Below, piece by piece: positions 1-8,432 of a DNA stretch of 64,000 nt. A program made the translations under genes and the position numbers. The notes below the pieces were generated by a model. That model searched no databases and had not been told where the DNA came from. It worked only from the letters and a program-made list of their open reading frames with translations. The DNA is from an uncultured Chloroflexia bacterium (lineage in GTDB: Bacteria; Chloroflexota; Anaerolineae; Anaerolineales; Anaerolineaceae): the NCBI GenBank assembly GCA_963743005.1, contig CAVUNY010000006.1, forward strand, positions 109,976-173,975. Direction: 5' to 3'. Positions within the stretch are counted from its first letter, which is position 1; every line of letters starts with the position of its first letter.

Positions 1-1187
1 ATGACCTGATTTACGCCATTGTCGTCCACTGCCTGCAGCGCTACGGCGAAAGCGAGGTATTGGGCTGGTATTGGGAGTTGTGGAACGAGCCGGACGGCAT
101 GTATTGGAAAGGGACGATCGATGAGTTCAATAAGCTCTATGATTACACCGCCGCCGCGGTCAAGGCGGCTCATCCCCAGGCCCGCGCTGGCGGACCGGCG
201 ACCACCGGCCCAGGTCGCGGCCGCAACGCCGACCATTTTCTCGATCGCTTCCTGGAACACTGCGTTCATGAGACCAATAACCTGACCGGAAAAACCGGCG
301 CCCCGCTGGATTATGTCAGTTTTCACGTCAAGGGCGGCGGCTACCGGGCCGATCCAAAAAATAAGCCGGTCGATCCCCCTTCTACCCAATGGCTCATGCA
401 GCAGGTTGCGACCGGGTATGAGATCATCTCTCGCTACCCCGGCTTAAACCAGTTGGAATGCGTGCTCTCCGAAGCCGACCCCGATGGTTGGGCTGCGGGC
501 GGCGCCTGGGATAACAAGGCCTTGAATTTCCGCAATACCCAGTACTACGCCAGCTATGTGGCCTGCACGTTTGATAAAGTGATCCGCTTTGGGCAGGAAA
601 AAAAGTGGGATGTTCGCCCGCTGACCTGGGCCTTTCTGTTCGTCGCCGAGCGCTGCTTTGAAGGGACGCGCGCCTTCTCCACCCAGGGCATCGATAAAGC
701 GGTCTTCAATCTCTTTAAAATGTATGCCAAAATGGGCACCCAACAGGTCGAATTGACCAGCAGCGGCGCCCAGGATTCACAGGCCTATCCCGATCGTTGG
801 GGTTACGGCGCGCCCCCGGATGTGTCTGGTTTTGCCACCCTGACCGGGGAGAAAAGCCTGGAGGTGCTGGTTTATAACCACCATGATGATTGGAACCGGA
901 CGGGTGACACCCAGGTTGATATTGATTTGGTAAATCTGCCCTTCCAGGGCAAGAAACTGACGCTCAAGCATTACCGCATCGATGCCGCCCACAGCAATGC
1001 CTATTCCGAATGGGTGCGGCAGGGCCAGCCGATGTACCCGGCGGGCGGCCAATACGCTGCCATTAAAGCGCGCGATGGCCTGGAGATGGTGTCTGCCCCA
1101 CAATCGCTGGTGGTAGATGATAGCCACGCAAAGCTGGTGATCACGCTGCCCGTTCACAGCGTTTCATTACTGGTTGTGGAGGGTTAA
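1..1187 (+). CDS. Clan GH-A glycoside hydrolase, GH39-like. It is 5'-truncated at the window edge; the frame starts at nt 3.
   Basis: The frame-3 translation from nt 3 (DLIYAIVVHCLQRYGESEVLGWYWELWNEPD...) is colinear with the downstream paralog. It carries the WNEPD catalytic-type motif and FHVKGGGY. The family assignment is from motif memory, not a search. Confidence 0.6.
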   Translation, partial: DLIYAIVVHCLQRYGESEVLGWYWELWNEPDGMYWKGTIDEFNKLYDYTAAAVKAAHPQARAGGPATTGPGRGRNADHFLDRFLEHCVHETNNLTGKTGAPLDYVSFHVKGGGYRADPKNKPVDPPSTQWLMQQVATGYEIISRYPGLNQLECVLSEADPDGWAAGGAWDNKALNFRNTQYYASYVACTFDKVIRFGQEKKWDVRPLTWAFLFVAERCFEGTRAFSTQGIDKAVFNLFKMYAKMGTQQVELTSSGAQDSQAYPDRWGYGAPPDVSGFATLTGEKSLEVLVYNHHDDWNRTGDTQVDIDLVNLPFQGKKLTLKHYRIDAAHSNAYSEWVRQGQPMYPAGGQYAAIKARDGLEMVSAPQSLVVDDSHAKLVITLPVHSVSLLVVEG

Positions 1188-1287
1188 GGGCAGAGGCGAT
1201 AGTCTGCAAAATTCAAACAGCATTCAAAATGTTGAGAATACTCGAACTATATTTGTTGTTTGGTGATGAACCATCAAGGAGAAAGCA

Positions 1288-2937
1288 ATGTCAGATCAGA
1301 AAGTTAAAGTAACCGTGGATGCGGGCAATTGGTTGGGGGAACTGCCCCGCATCTGGAATTATATTGGGTACGATGAGCCCAATTATACCTATGTGCCTGA
1401 AGGGAAAGAGCTGTTGGCCAAGTTTGGGGCGATGGCCGAAAAGCCTTATTATGTCCGGGTGCATCATTTATTCTGCACCGGCAACTGCCACGGCTTTTAC
1501 AAATGGGGCTCAACCAATGCTTACCTGGAAGATGAAGCCGGCAGCCCAGTCTATGACTGGACTTTCGTGGATAAGATCTTCGACGCGATCCTCGAGACCA
1601 AAAACAAGCCGTTTGTAGAACTGGGTTTCATGCCGCGCGACCTGATCGATCCCGCCCATTACGATCCGACCCAGGATGATTGGCAGATGTCGGGTTACCG
1701 CCGCCTGGGCTGGAACTGCCCGCCCAAGGATTACCAGAAGTGGCACGACCTGGTTCAGCATACGGTGGCCCACTGCTTCGAGCGCTACGGAGAAGCCGAA
1801 GTGCTCACCTGGTATTGGGAGCTGTGGAACGAACCGGATATCTTTTATTGGCAGGGCACGCTGGAAGAGTTTGAAAAACTGTATGATTACACCGCGGCGG
1901 CGGTCAAGGCGGCCCATCCCCAGGCGCGGGTGGGCGGCCCATCGGTGACCAACCCGGTCTACGGGCATAAATCAGCGGAATACCTGGATAAATTTCTGGC
2001 GCATACTTCCTCGGGCACCAATTATTGCACCGGTCAGACCGGCACCCCCCTGGATTTCATCACTTTCCACGTCAAAGGCGGCGGTTACGCCGCGGACCCG
2101 CGCCACAAGCGTAAGGATCCCCCTTCAGTTAAATTCCTGTTTGGCAGTACCAAAACCGGGTACGAAATTATCTCCAAATACCCCGCTTACAAGGATCTGG
2201 AGTGCGTGCTGTCGGAATGCGATCCGGATGGCTGGGCCGCCGGCGGCGCCTGGGACAATATCAACCTCAATTTCCGCAATACCGAATATTATGCCAGTTA
2301 CGTGGCCTGTTCTTTCGACAAGCTGCTGAAATTTGGCCTGGAAAACCATTGGGATCTCAAGGCGTTGAGCTGGGCTTTTATGTTTGTGGCCGAGCGCTGT
2401 TTTGAGGGCACCCGCTCCTTTTCTACCCAGGGGATCGATAAAGCGGTCTTCAATCTCTTTAAAATGTATGCCAGGCTGGGAGACAAACAGGTCTCACTGG
2501 TCAGCAGCGGCGCAAAAGATACCCTCAACTATGCCGATCAGTTTGGGCGCGGGGTCGGGCCGGATATCGACGGCGTGGCGGCCCTCTCGGGCAATAAAAG
2601 CCTGACCGTGCTGATTTACAATCACCACGATGATTGGGATCTGAACGGCGACAGTCCGGTGGAGTTGGAAGTGGCCAACCTGCCGTTTGAAGCCGGCAGC
2701 TACCGGGTAGAGCACTACCGCGTGGACGCGGACCACAGCAACCCCTATCCGGAATGGATCCGACAGGGCAAGCCGATGTACCCCTCTGCCGGGCAGATGG
2801 CGGCGATCAAATCGCGCGACGGCCTGGAACTGCTCGAACCACCTCACACCGTTCAATTATGGGATGGAAAGCTGAAGCTGGAAACCAGTATGCCGGTTCG
2901 TTCGATCTCGTTGTTCGTGATCACGCCAGCGGCATAA
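1288..2937 (+). CDS. GH39-like glycoside hydrolase (549 aa), a tandem paralog of the upstream gene.
   Basis: RBS AGGAGAAAG sits upstream of the ATG. The protein has LTWYWELWNEPD and ITFHVKGGGY and is roughly 55-60% identical to the upstream partial ORF. Confidence 0.6.
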   Translation: MSDQKVKVTVDAGNWLGELPRIWNYIGYDEPNYTYVPEGKELLAKFGAMAEKPYYVRVHHLFCTGNCHGFYKWGSTNAYLEDEAGSPVYDWTFVDKIFDAILETKNKPFVELGFMPRDLIDPAHYDPTQDDWQMSGYRRLGWNCPPKDYQKWHDLVQHTVAHCFERYGEAEVLTWYWELWNEPDIFYWQGTLEEFEKLYDYTAAAVKAAHPQARVGGPSVTNPVYGHKSAEYLDKFLAHTSSGTNYCTGQTGTPLDFITFHVKGGGYAADPRHKRKDPPSVKFLFGSTKTGYEIISKYPAYKDLECVLSECDPDGWAAGGAWDNINLNFRNTEYYASYVACSFDKLLKFGLENHWDLKALSWAFMFVAERCFEGTRSFSTQGIDKAVFNLFKMYARLGDKQVSLVSSGAKDTLNYADQFGRGVGPDIDGVAALSGNKSLTVLIYNHHDDWDLNGDSPVELEVANLPFEAGSYRVEHYRVDADHSNPYPEWIRQGKPMYPSAGQMAAIKSRDGLELLEPPHTVQLWDGKLKLETSMPVRSISLFVITPAA

Positions 2938-3028
2938 TCGGGCAAATTTTGAGCATTAATATCAGGTTGATTTTCGATGCGATGTAGTTGCATCGAAAAT
3001 CAACTGAAAAAATAAAAGGAGATCCTTT

Positions 3029-3712
3029 ATGAGCAGGCCAATGAAACAAAAGACCCTGGGCATTATTCACGCCATCCATAAGACCATCAAGGCCATGGAG
3101 CCGTTCATTGAAAAATATATCCCCGAGGTAGATGTGATGCACCTGGCGGATGACACCATCCAGCGCGACAATATCGCCGCCGGCGTGGGCGTAATCCCCA
3201 AAGTTAATTATTACAAGTTCGCGCAGTATGCCCACAACCTGGAAGAGGCCGGCGTGGATATGATCCTGTTGGCCTGTTCGACCTTTAATTACGCCGCCGA
3301 ACTGGGCCGCCCGCTGATTAACGTCCCGATTGCCCAGATCGACCGCCCGATGATGGAGAAAGCCGTCAGCCACAGCAAAAAAATCGGCCTTTTGGCCACC
3401 CTCTCGACCACCGTGCCTTCCTCCGAACGCCTGCTGCGCATCATCGCTCAGGAAAACGGCAAAGAGATTGAGGTCAAGACCGTGCTGCGCGAAGAAGCCT
3501 TCGAGGCCTGGAGCCGCGGCGATATTCAAACCCACAACGCAATGGTGCTGGAAGAGATCGAAAAATTATCCAAAGGGGTCGATTCGATCGTTATGGCGCA
3601 GCTATCCATGTCGGCGATGGCCCCTTATTTGAAGGATACCCGGGTTCCGGTTTACAACAGCGGCGACACAGGCTTTGCCCGAGTGAAGGAAATGCTTGAA
3701 AAGATCGATTGA
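3029..3712 (+). CDS. Asp/Glu/hydantoin racemase superfamily protein (arylmalonate decarboxylase/maleate isomerase-like).
   Basis: AAAGGAG RBS. The 227 aa protein shows the typical racemase-family pattern (…LLACSTFNY… …VMAQLSMSA…). Confidence 0.55.
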   Translation: MSRPMKQKTLGIIHAIHKTIKAMEPFIEKYIPEVDVMHLADDTIQRDNIAAGVGVIPKVNYYKFAQYAHNLEEAGVDMILLACSTFNYAAELGRPLINVPIAQIDRPMMEKAVSHSKKIGLLATLSTTVPSSERLLRIIAQENGKEIEVKTVLREEAFEAWSRGDIQTHNAMVLEEIEKLSKGVDSIVMAQLSMSAMAPYLKDTRVPVYNSGDTGFARVKEMLEKID

Positions 3713-3722
3713 CGAGGTTGCG

Positions 3723-4523
3723 ATGCGCTTTGGCATTTGTGGGTCGATGGTTGCCAGCCAGCCGGATGGCACCGGAATAGAGGTCGTTGAGCAGGTACGC
3801 GAGATGGGCTACGATTATATTGAGCTGTCGCTGGCGCATGTCGCGGCCCTGTCGGACGAGGCGTTTGACTCGGTCCGCAAGCGGCTGCAAGCCTCAGGGT
3901 TGGTCTGTGAGGCCTGCAATAATTTCTTCCCGCGCAGCGTGCGGCTGACTGGAGCGGAAGTAAGCTGGCCGGATGTGCGCCAATATACCCGCCTGGCGGT
4001 CGACCGGGCCGCTGAGTTGGGCGTGCAGGTGATCGTTTTTGGCAGTTCGGCTGCTAAAAATGTGCCCGAGGGTTACCCAAAGTACCGCGCCTGGCAGCAG
4101 ATTGTGACCGCCCTGCATATTGCGGCGGATGAAGCCGGCCGGAAAGGCATTGTGATTGCCATCGAGCCCTTGAACCGCCAGGAAAGCAATATTGTCAACA
4201 GCGTGGCGGAAGGCCTGGCGCTGATGCAGCGGGTGAAGCGCGTCGAGGTGCAGGTGTTGGCCGATTACTACCACATGGCCCTCGAAAACGAGGATCTATC
4301 CATTTTAAGCCTGACCGGGCCGGCCTTGCGCCACGTTCATTTTGCCCGTGTCGAAGGGCGCACCTACCCGCATGCGCTGGAACCCGGCTTTCAGGCATTT
4401 TTTGATGCCCTTAAGGCCAATGGTTATACCGGTCGGGTGAGCGTCGAAGGCTTTTCGAACGAATTTCATCGGGATGCAGTGGCCGCGCTGGCAGTAGTCC
4501 GGCGTCTGGCGCAGTCAGAATAG
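3723..4523 (+). CDS. Sugar phosphate isomerase/epimerase (xylose isomerase-like TIM barrel).
   Basis: A GAGG RBS lies 6 nt before the ATG at 3723. The protein has the AP-endonuclease-2/TIM-barrel pattern (…VIVFGS… IEPLN… …HFAR…) and a paralog at 7535. Confidence 0.7.
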   Translation: MRFGICGSMVASQPDGTGIEVVEQVREMGYDYIELSLAHVAALSDEAFDSVRKRLQASGLVCEACNNFFPRSVRLTGAEVSWPDVRQYTRLAVDRAAELGVQVIVFGSSAAKNVPEGYPKYRAWQQIVTALHIAADEAGRKGIVIAIEPLNRQESNIVNSVAEGLALMQRVKRVEVQVLADYYHMALENEDLSILSLTGPALRHVHFARVEGRTYPHALEPGFQAFFDALKANGYTGRVSVEGFSNEFHRDAVAALAVVRRLAQSE

Positions 4524-4532
4524 GAGCAGAGG

Positions 4533-5378
4533 ATGGCAGCAACGCAGGAACAATTGGCTTATTTAATCGATATGGCAGCCCAGATGCGGCTGCAGATCGT
4601 TCGCATGATGGGGCCTAAAAAGGTCCATCACTTTGGCGGTTCGCTTTCCGCGACGGATATCCTGACCGCCCTGTATTTCTATAAAATGAATTACGATCCC
4701 CAGAACCCGACCTGGCCGGACCGGGACCGCTTTGTGATGAGCAAAGGTCACTCGGTTCCGGCCCAATACGCGGCCCTGGCGCTGAAAGGGGTGATACCCC
4801 TGGCCGAGCTGCCCACGTTGAAACGCATGGGCACGCGCCTCCAGGGCCACCCGGCGATGCACCACACCCCGGGGATCGAAGCCTGCACCGGAATGCTGGG
4901 TGAAGGCCTTTCGTTCTCCAACGGGCTGGCGCTGGCTGCCCGCATCCGCGGTCAGGATTACCGGGTGTACTGCCTGATGGGCGATGGCGAGCTGCAGGAA
5001 GGGCAGGTCTGGGAAGCCGCGATGACTACTCCTTCTCGTCAGCTTTCCAGCGTGACGGCTATCCTCGACCGCAACCGCTTGAAAAGCCAGGACAATCCCA
5101 ACACCGCCAAGATAATGGACCCGATGGACCAGCGCTGGCAGTCGTTTGGCTGGGTGACGCGGGAGATCGACGGCCATGATATGGCTCAAATATGTGACGC
5201 GCTGGACTGGGCCACCGAACCCCGCACCCAGCCGGCGATGATCATCGCCAACACCGTCAAGGGTAAGGGGGTGTCTTTCTTTGAGGGTCTGGCGAAATTC
5301 CACAATTCTCAGATTACCGAGGAAGAGTTTCAGCGAGCGCTGGCCGAACTGAACCCGGTTGTGGTTGAGGAAGGATAA
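4533..5378 (+). CDS. Transketolase, N-terminal (thiamine-diphosphate-binding) subunit.
   Basis: GGAG RBS. The protein has GHSVPAQY, a GDGELQEG ThDP-binding motif, and is about 280 aa as expected for the split form. Confidence 0.85.
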   Translation: MAATQEQLAYLIDMAAQMRLQIVRMMGPKKVHHFGGSLSATDILTALYFYKMNYDPQNPTWPDRDRFVMSKGHSVPAQYAALALKGVIPLAELPTLKRMGTRLQGHPAMHHTPGIEACTGMLGEGLSFSNGLALAARIRGQDYRVYCLMGDGELQEGQVWEAAMTTPSRQLSSVTAILDRNRLKSQDNPNTAKIMDPMDQRWQSFGWVTREIDGHDMAQICDALDWATEPRTQPAMIIANTVKGKGVSFFEGLAKFHNSQITEEEFQRALAELNPVVVEEG

Positions 5379-5384
5379 AAGATT

Positions 5385-6320
5385 ATGTCCCCAATGACCG
5401 AAACACGTATGGCTTACGGCGAGGCCCTGGCAGAGTTGGGCGAGCGCAACCTGGATGTGGTCGTGCTGGATGCCGATCTGTATAATTCGACCCGCACCGT
5501 GCTCTTCCGCGACAAATTTCCCAACCGCTTCTTCGATATGGGCATCTCCGAGGCCGATATGGCCAGCACCGCGGCCGGGTTGGCCGCCGCCGGGATGACC
5601 CCTTTCATCAACAGTTTTGCCATCTTTGCCACCAGCATCTGCTACCTGCCGATACGCACCCAGATCGCTTACCCCAACCTGCGGGTGATCGTTGCCGGGT
5701 CGAGCGCCGGCCTGACCCAGGGCCCGGACGGCGCCAGCCACCAGTCCCTGGAAGACATTTCTTTGATGCGCGGCCTGCCCAATATGACCGTGATCGTGCC
5801 GGCGGATGCCCTCGAAACCCGACAGGCGGTGTTTGCCGCCGCCGAATGCGCGGGGCCGGTTTATCTGCGACTGGGTCGCTATCCCGTGCCCGACCTGAAC
5901 GCCCCCGATTACCAGTTTAAAATCGGCAAAGCCGTCACCCTGCGCGAGGGTAACCAGGTGACCCTGTTTGCGACCGGTCATATGGTCGCCAAGGCGGTCG
6001 AAGCCCATGAAATCCTGGCCCAGGCCGGTATTTCGGCGCGGGTAGTCAATGTCTCAACCATCAAGCCCCTGGACGAAGCCGCCGTACTGCAGTCGGCTCG
6101 CGAGACCGGCCTGCTGTTCAGCGTGGAAGAACACAGCATCATCGGCGGCCTGGGCAGCGCCCTGGCCGAATACCTTTCCGGCCAGGCCAATATGCCGCGC
6201 CTGGTGCGCCTGGGCGTGCGCGACGAGTTTGGTGAATCGGCGGTGGCCGAAGAGCTGCTCGTGCGCCACCGCCTGACCGGCCCGTTGATCGCCGAAGATG
6301 TGCAGAAAGCTTTAAAATAG
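5385..6320 (+). CDS. Transketolase, C-terminal (pyrimidine-binding) subunit.
   Basis: It sits immediately downstream of the N-terminal subunit. The protein has FNSFAIF and GPDGASHQSLEDIS motifs. Confidence 0.85.
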   Translation: MSPMTETRMAYGEALAELGERNLDVVVLDADLYNSTRTVLFRDKFPNRFFDMGISEADMASTAAGLAAAGMTPFINSFAIFATSICYLPIRTQIAYPNLRVIVAGSSAGLTQGPDGASHQSLEDISLMRGLPNMTVIVPADALETRQAVFAAAECAGPVYLRLGRYPVPDLNAPDYQFKIGKAVTLREGNQVTLFATGHMVAKAVEAHEILAQAGISARVVNVSTIKPLDEAAVLQSARETGLLFSVEEHSIIGGLGSALAEYLSGQANMPRLVRLGVRDEFGESAVAEELLVRHRLTGPLIAEDVQKALK

Positions 6321-6344
6321 CTGAACGTTTATTTGGAGGATACT

Positions 6345-7244
6345 ATGTCTAAACCCATCATTGGTTTCATCGGCCTGGGGATCATGGGCCGGCAGATGTC
6401 GAAGCACCTGATCAACCTCGGCTACCCCCTGGTTGTGTACGATATTGTCCCGGCCGCGGTCGCGGACATCAAAGCGGCCGGCGCTTCCGTTGCCGGCTCG
6501 CCCAGTGAAGTGGCTGCCCAAAGCCAGGTCATCATCACCATGCTGCCCGATTCGCCCGACGTCGAAGCGGTGGCGCTCGGCCCCAAGGGCCTGATCGAGG
6601 GCGTTGTGGCCGGAACGATCTACGCAGATATGAGTTCCATCGCCCCTGCCACGGCGGTCAAAGTGGCCAAAGCCCTCTCCGAAAAGGGCGTGCGCTGCCT
6701 GGATGCCCCCGTTAGTGGCGGCGAGTCCGGCGCGATCAACGCCGCCCTCTCCATCATGGTCGGCGGCGACGCGGCCGTCTTTGAAGAGATGAAGCCGATC
6801 TTTGAGTGCATGGGCAAAACCATCACCCTGTGCGGTGGAAACGGCGCCGGGCAAACCGTCAAGGCCTGCAACCAGATCCAGGTGGCCCTCAATATCCTGG
6901 GGATGTCCGAGGCGCTGGTGTTGGGCGCCAAGGCAGGCGTCGATCCGGCCATCATCCACAAGGTTTTGAGCGGCGGTTATGCCCAATCGCGGGTGGCCGA
7001 TGTGCGCGGCCCGAAGGTCATCACCGGCGACTTCAAGCCCGGTTTCAAGGGCAGGTTCCATTATAAGGACCTGAATATTATTATGAAGACTGCCGCGGAA
7101 TACGGCGTCTCGCTGCCGGTGACCAGCGTGGTTTATTCGTTGTTCACATCTCTGCTGGCTTCGGGCGGCGGCGAACTGGACCATACTGCGGTGATTACCG
7201 TGTTGGAAAAACTTTCCGGGGTAGAAGCGCGTTCCAAACAGTGA
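6345..7244 (+). CDS. NAD(P)-dependent 3-hydroxyacid dehydrogenase (2-hydroxy-3-oxopropionate/3-hydroxyisobutyrate dehydrogenase family).
   Basis: GGAGG RBS. The protein has the GFIGLGIMG Rossmann motif, and the 6PGD-like C-terminal domain is present. Confidence 0.8.
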   Translation: MSKPIIGFIGLGIMGRQMSKHLINLGYPLVVYDIVPAAVADIKAAGASVAGSPSEVAAQSQVIITMLPDSPDVEAVALGPKGLIEGVVAGTIYADMSSIAPATAVKVAKALSEKGVRCLDAPVSGGESGAINAALSIMVGGDAAVFEEMKPIFECMGKTITLCGGNGAGQTVKACNQIQVALNILGMSEALVLGAKAGVDPAIIHKVLSGGYAQSRVADVRGPKVITGDFKPGFKGRFHYKDLNIIMKTAAEYGVSLPVTSVVYSLFTSLLASGGGELDHTAVITVLEKLSGVEARSKQ

Positions 7245-7252
7245 TTTCCCAG

Positions 7253-7301
7253 GATGGCAGTGGAGCGGCGTAGCCGCCCAACTGCCATCCTATTAAATTA
7301 A
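7253..7301 (+). terminator. Hairpin after the dehydrogenase gene (10 bp stem GGATGGCAGT/ACTGCCATCC) followed by an AT-rich tail.
   Basis: The inverted repeat is read directly; the T-run is weak. Confidence 0.4.
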
Positions 7302-7534
7302 CGGGCATACGCCTGGACCGGATCGATTTTTCCCTGGGCGGCAGCCTCATCCAATACATCGGTATAGCCCTTTCGCTTGAAAAACAGGGCGGCATAGTTG
7401 CGCTGGCGTGGTACGCCATGGAACAGGATCGATTCGGTATTCATTGTTAAGAAACGTTCTGCGATACAATTAAGTCCTATCCCGATCTGGGGATTTTCGG
7501 ATATTTCAAGAAATTGTGTGACGGAGGAACTTTG

Positions 7535-8329
7535 ATGAAATACGGCGTGTGTGGTTTTCTCACGGCCAAAAATGCGGATGGGACCGAGTTTGACCTGATC
7601 CCGGCAGCCAAAGTAGCCGGCTATGACTACCTTGAAATGCCGCTTTCGACCATAGCAGCCCTCAGCGAGGCCGAATTTGGCGAAGTGAAGCAAAAAGTGG
7701 TTGAGAGCAAGTTCCCGGTTGAAGCCTGCAACGTGTTCTTTCCGCGCAGCCTGCGCCTGACCGGCCCGGATGTGGATTGGAAGCAGGTCGAAGACTATGT
7801 AAAGCTAGCCCTGGGACGCGCCGGGCAGCTGGGCGCCAAAGTGGTGGTCTTTGGCAGCGGCGGTTCGCGCCAGGTGCCCGAGGGTTTCCCGATGGAGCAG
7901 GCCTGGCTGCAGCTCGTCCAACTGCTGCGCATGATCGAGCCCATTGCCGCCGAAAACGGGATCGCGGTGGTGATCGAGCCGCTGAACGATAAAGAGACCA
8001 ACATCATCCATACCGGCGCCGAGGGTTTTGCACTGGCAAAGCTCGTCGACCGGCCGCATATCCGCCTGCTGCTTGATCTGTTCCACATGTCACTGATGAA
8101 AGAGGATTTTGGCATCGCGGTTACCGCCAGCGGTTATGTGCGCCACGCCCATTTTGCCAAGCCAGAGGGTCGGGTGTATCCCAGTGAGATAGAAGACGAG
8201 TTCAAGGCCTTTTTTGGCGGGCTCAATCGCGGCGGTTATGACGGGCGGGTGAGCGTCGAAGCTGGTTTTTCGACCTTTGCCGTGGACGCGCCGCGGGCGC
8301 TCAGCGTGATGAAGCAGGCCAACTGGTAA
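7535..8329 (+). CDS. Sugar phosphate isomerase/epimerase, paralog of 3723-4523.
   Basis: GGAGG RBS, then the ATG at 7535. It is roughly 45% identical to the upstream paralog (…VVVFGSGG… IEPLN…). Confidence 0.7.
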   Translation: MKYGVCGFLTAKNADGTEFDLIPAAKVAGYDYLEMPLSTIAALSEAEFGEVKQKVVESKFPVEACNVFFPRSLRLTGPDVDWKQVEDYVKLALGRAGQLGAKVVVFGSGGSRQVPEGFPMEQAWLQLVQLLRMIEPIAAENGIAVVIEPLNDKETNIIHTGAEGFALAKLVDRPHIRLLLDLFHMSLMKEDFGIAVTASGYVRHAHFAKPEGRVYPSEIEDEFKAFFGGLNRGGYDGRVSVEAGFSTFAVDAPRALSVMKQANW

Positions 8330-8335
8330 TAAATA

Positions 8336-8410
8336 ACCACGGAGGCACCGAGGTCACGGAGAAATTCTTTATTGCTATTTTTCTCTCTGTGTTCTCTGTG
8401 TCTCCGTGGT
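8336..8410 (+). repeat. Long imperfect hairpin built from CACRGAG/CTCTGTG heptads. G-U pairs make the fold strand-specific on the + RNA. It is a member of a dispersed intergenic family.
   Basis: The 5' arm ACCACGGAGGCACCGAGGTCACGGAGAAA (8336-8364) pairs with the 3' arm TTTCTCTCTGTGTTCTCTGTGTCTCCGTGGT (8380-8410). The 3' arm's 22-mer is identical to 37979-38000. Confidence 0.6.
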
Positions 8411-8432
8411 ATATTTCTCCTGGAGGTAAGGA

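Noticed and set aside
4563-6008. A 481 aa minus-strand ORF antisense to the transketolase genes. Similar long antisense ORFs occur at 6312-7184, 8301-9704, 38464-39330, 42370-42714, 44805-45407, 46169-47104, 51958-52572 and 56544-57173.
   Set aside because: These are Arg/Gly/Ala/Pro-rich low-complexity translations typical of spurious antisense ORFs in high-GC DNA. Each lies fully inside a sense gene with clear homology.
7298-7444. A small minus-strand ORF (about 48 aa, MNTESILFHGVPRQRNYAALFFKRKGYTDVLDEAAAQGKIDPVQAYAR) in the dehydrogenase/isomerase intergenic region.
   Set aside because: It has no RBS and no recognisable domain. The longer 131 aa form overlaps the isomerase start. Without conservation data it is not supportable.
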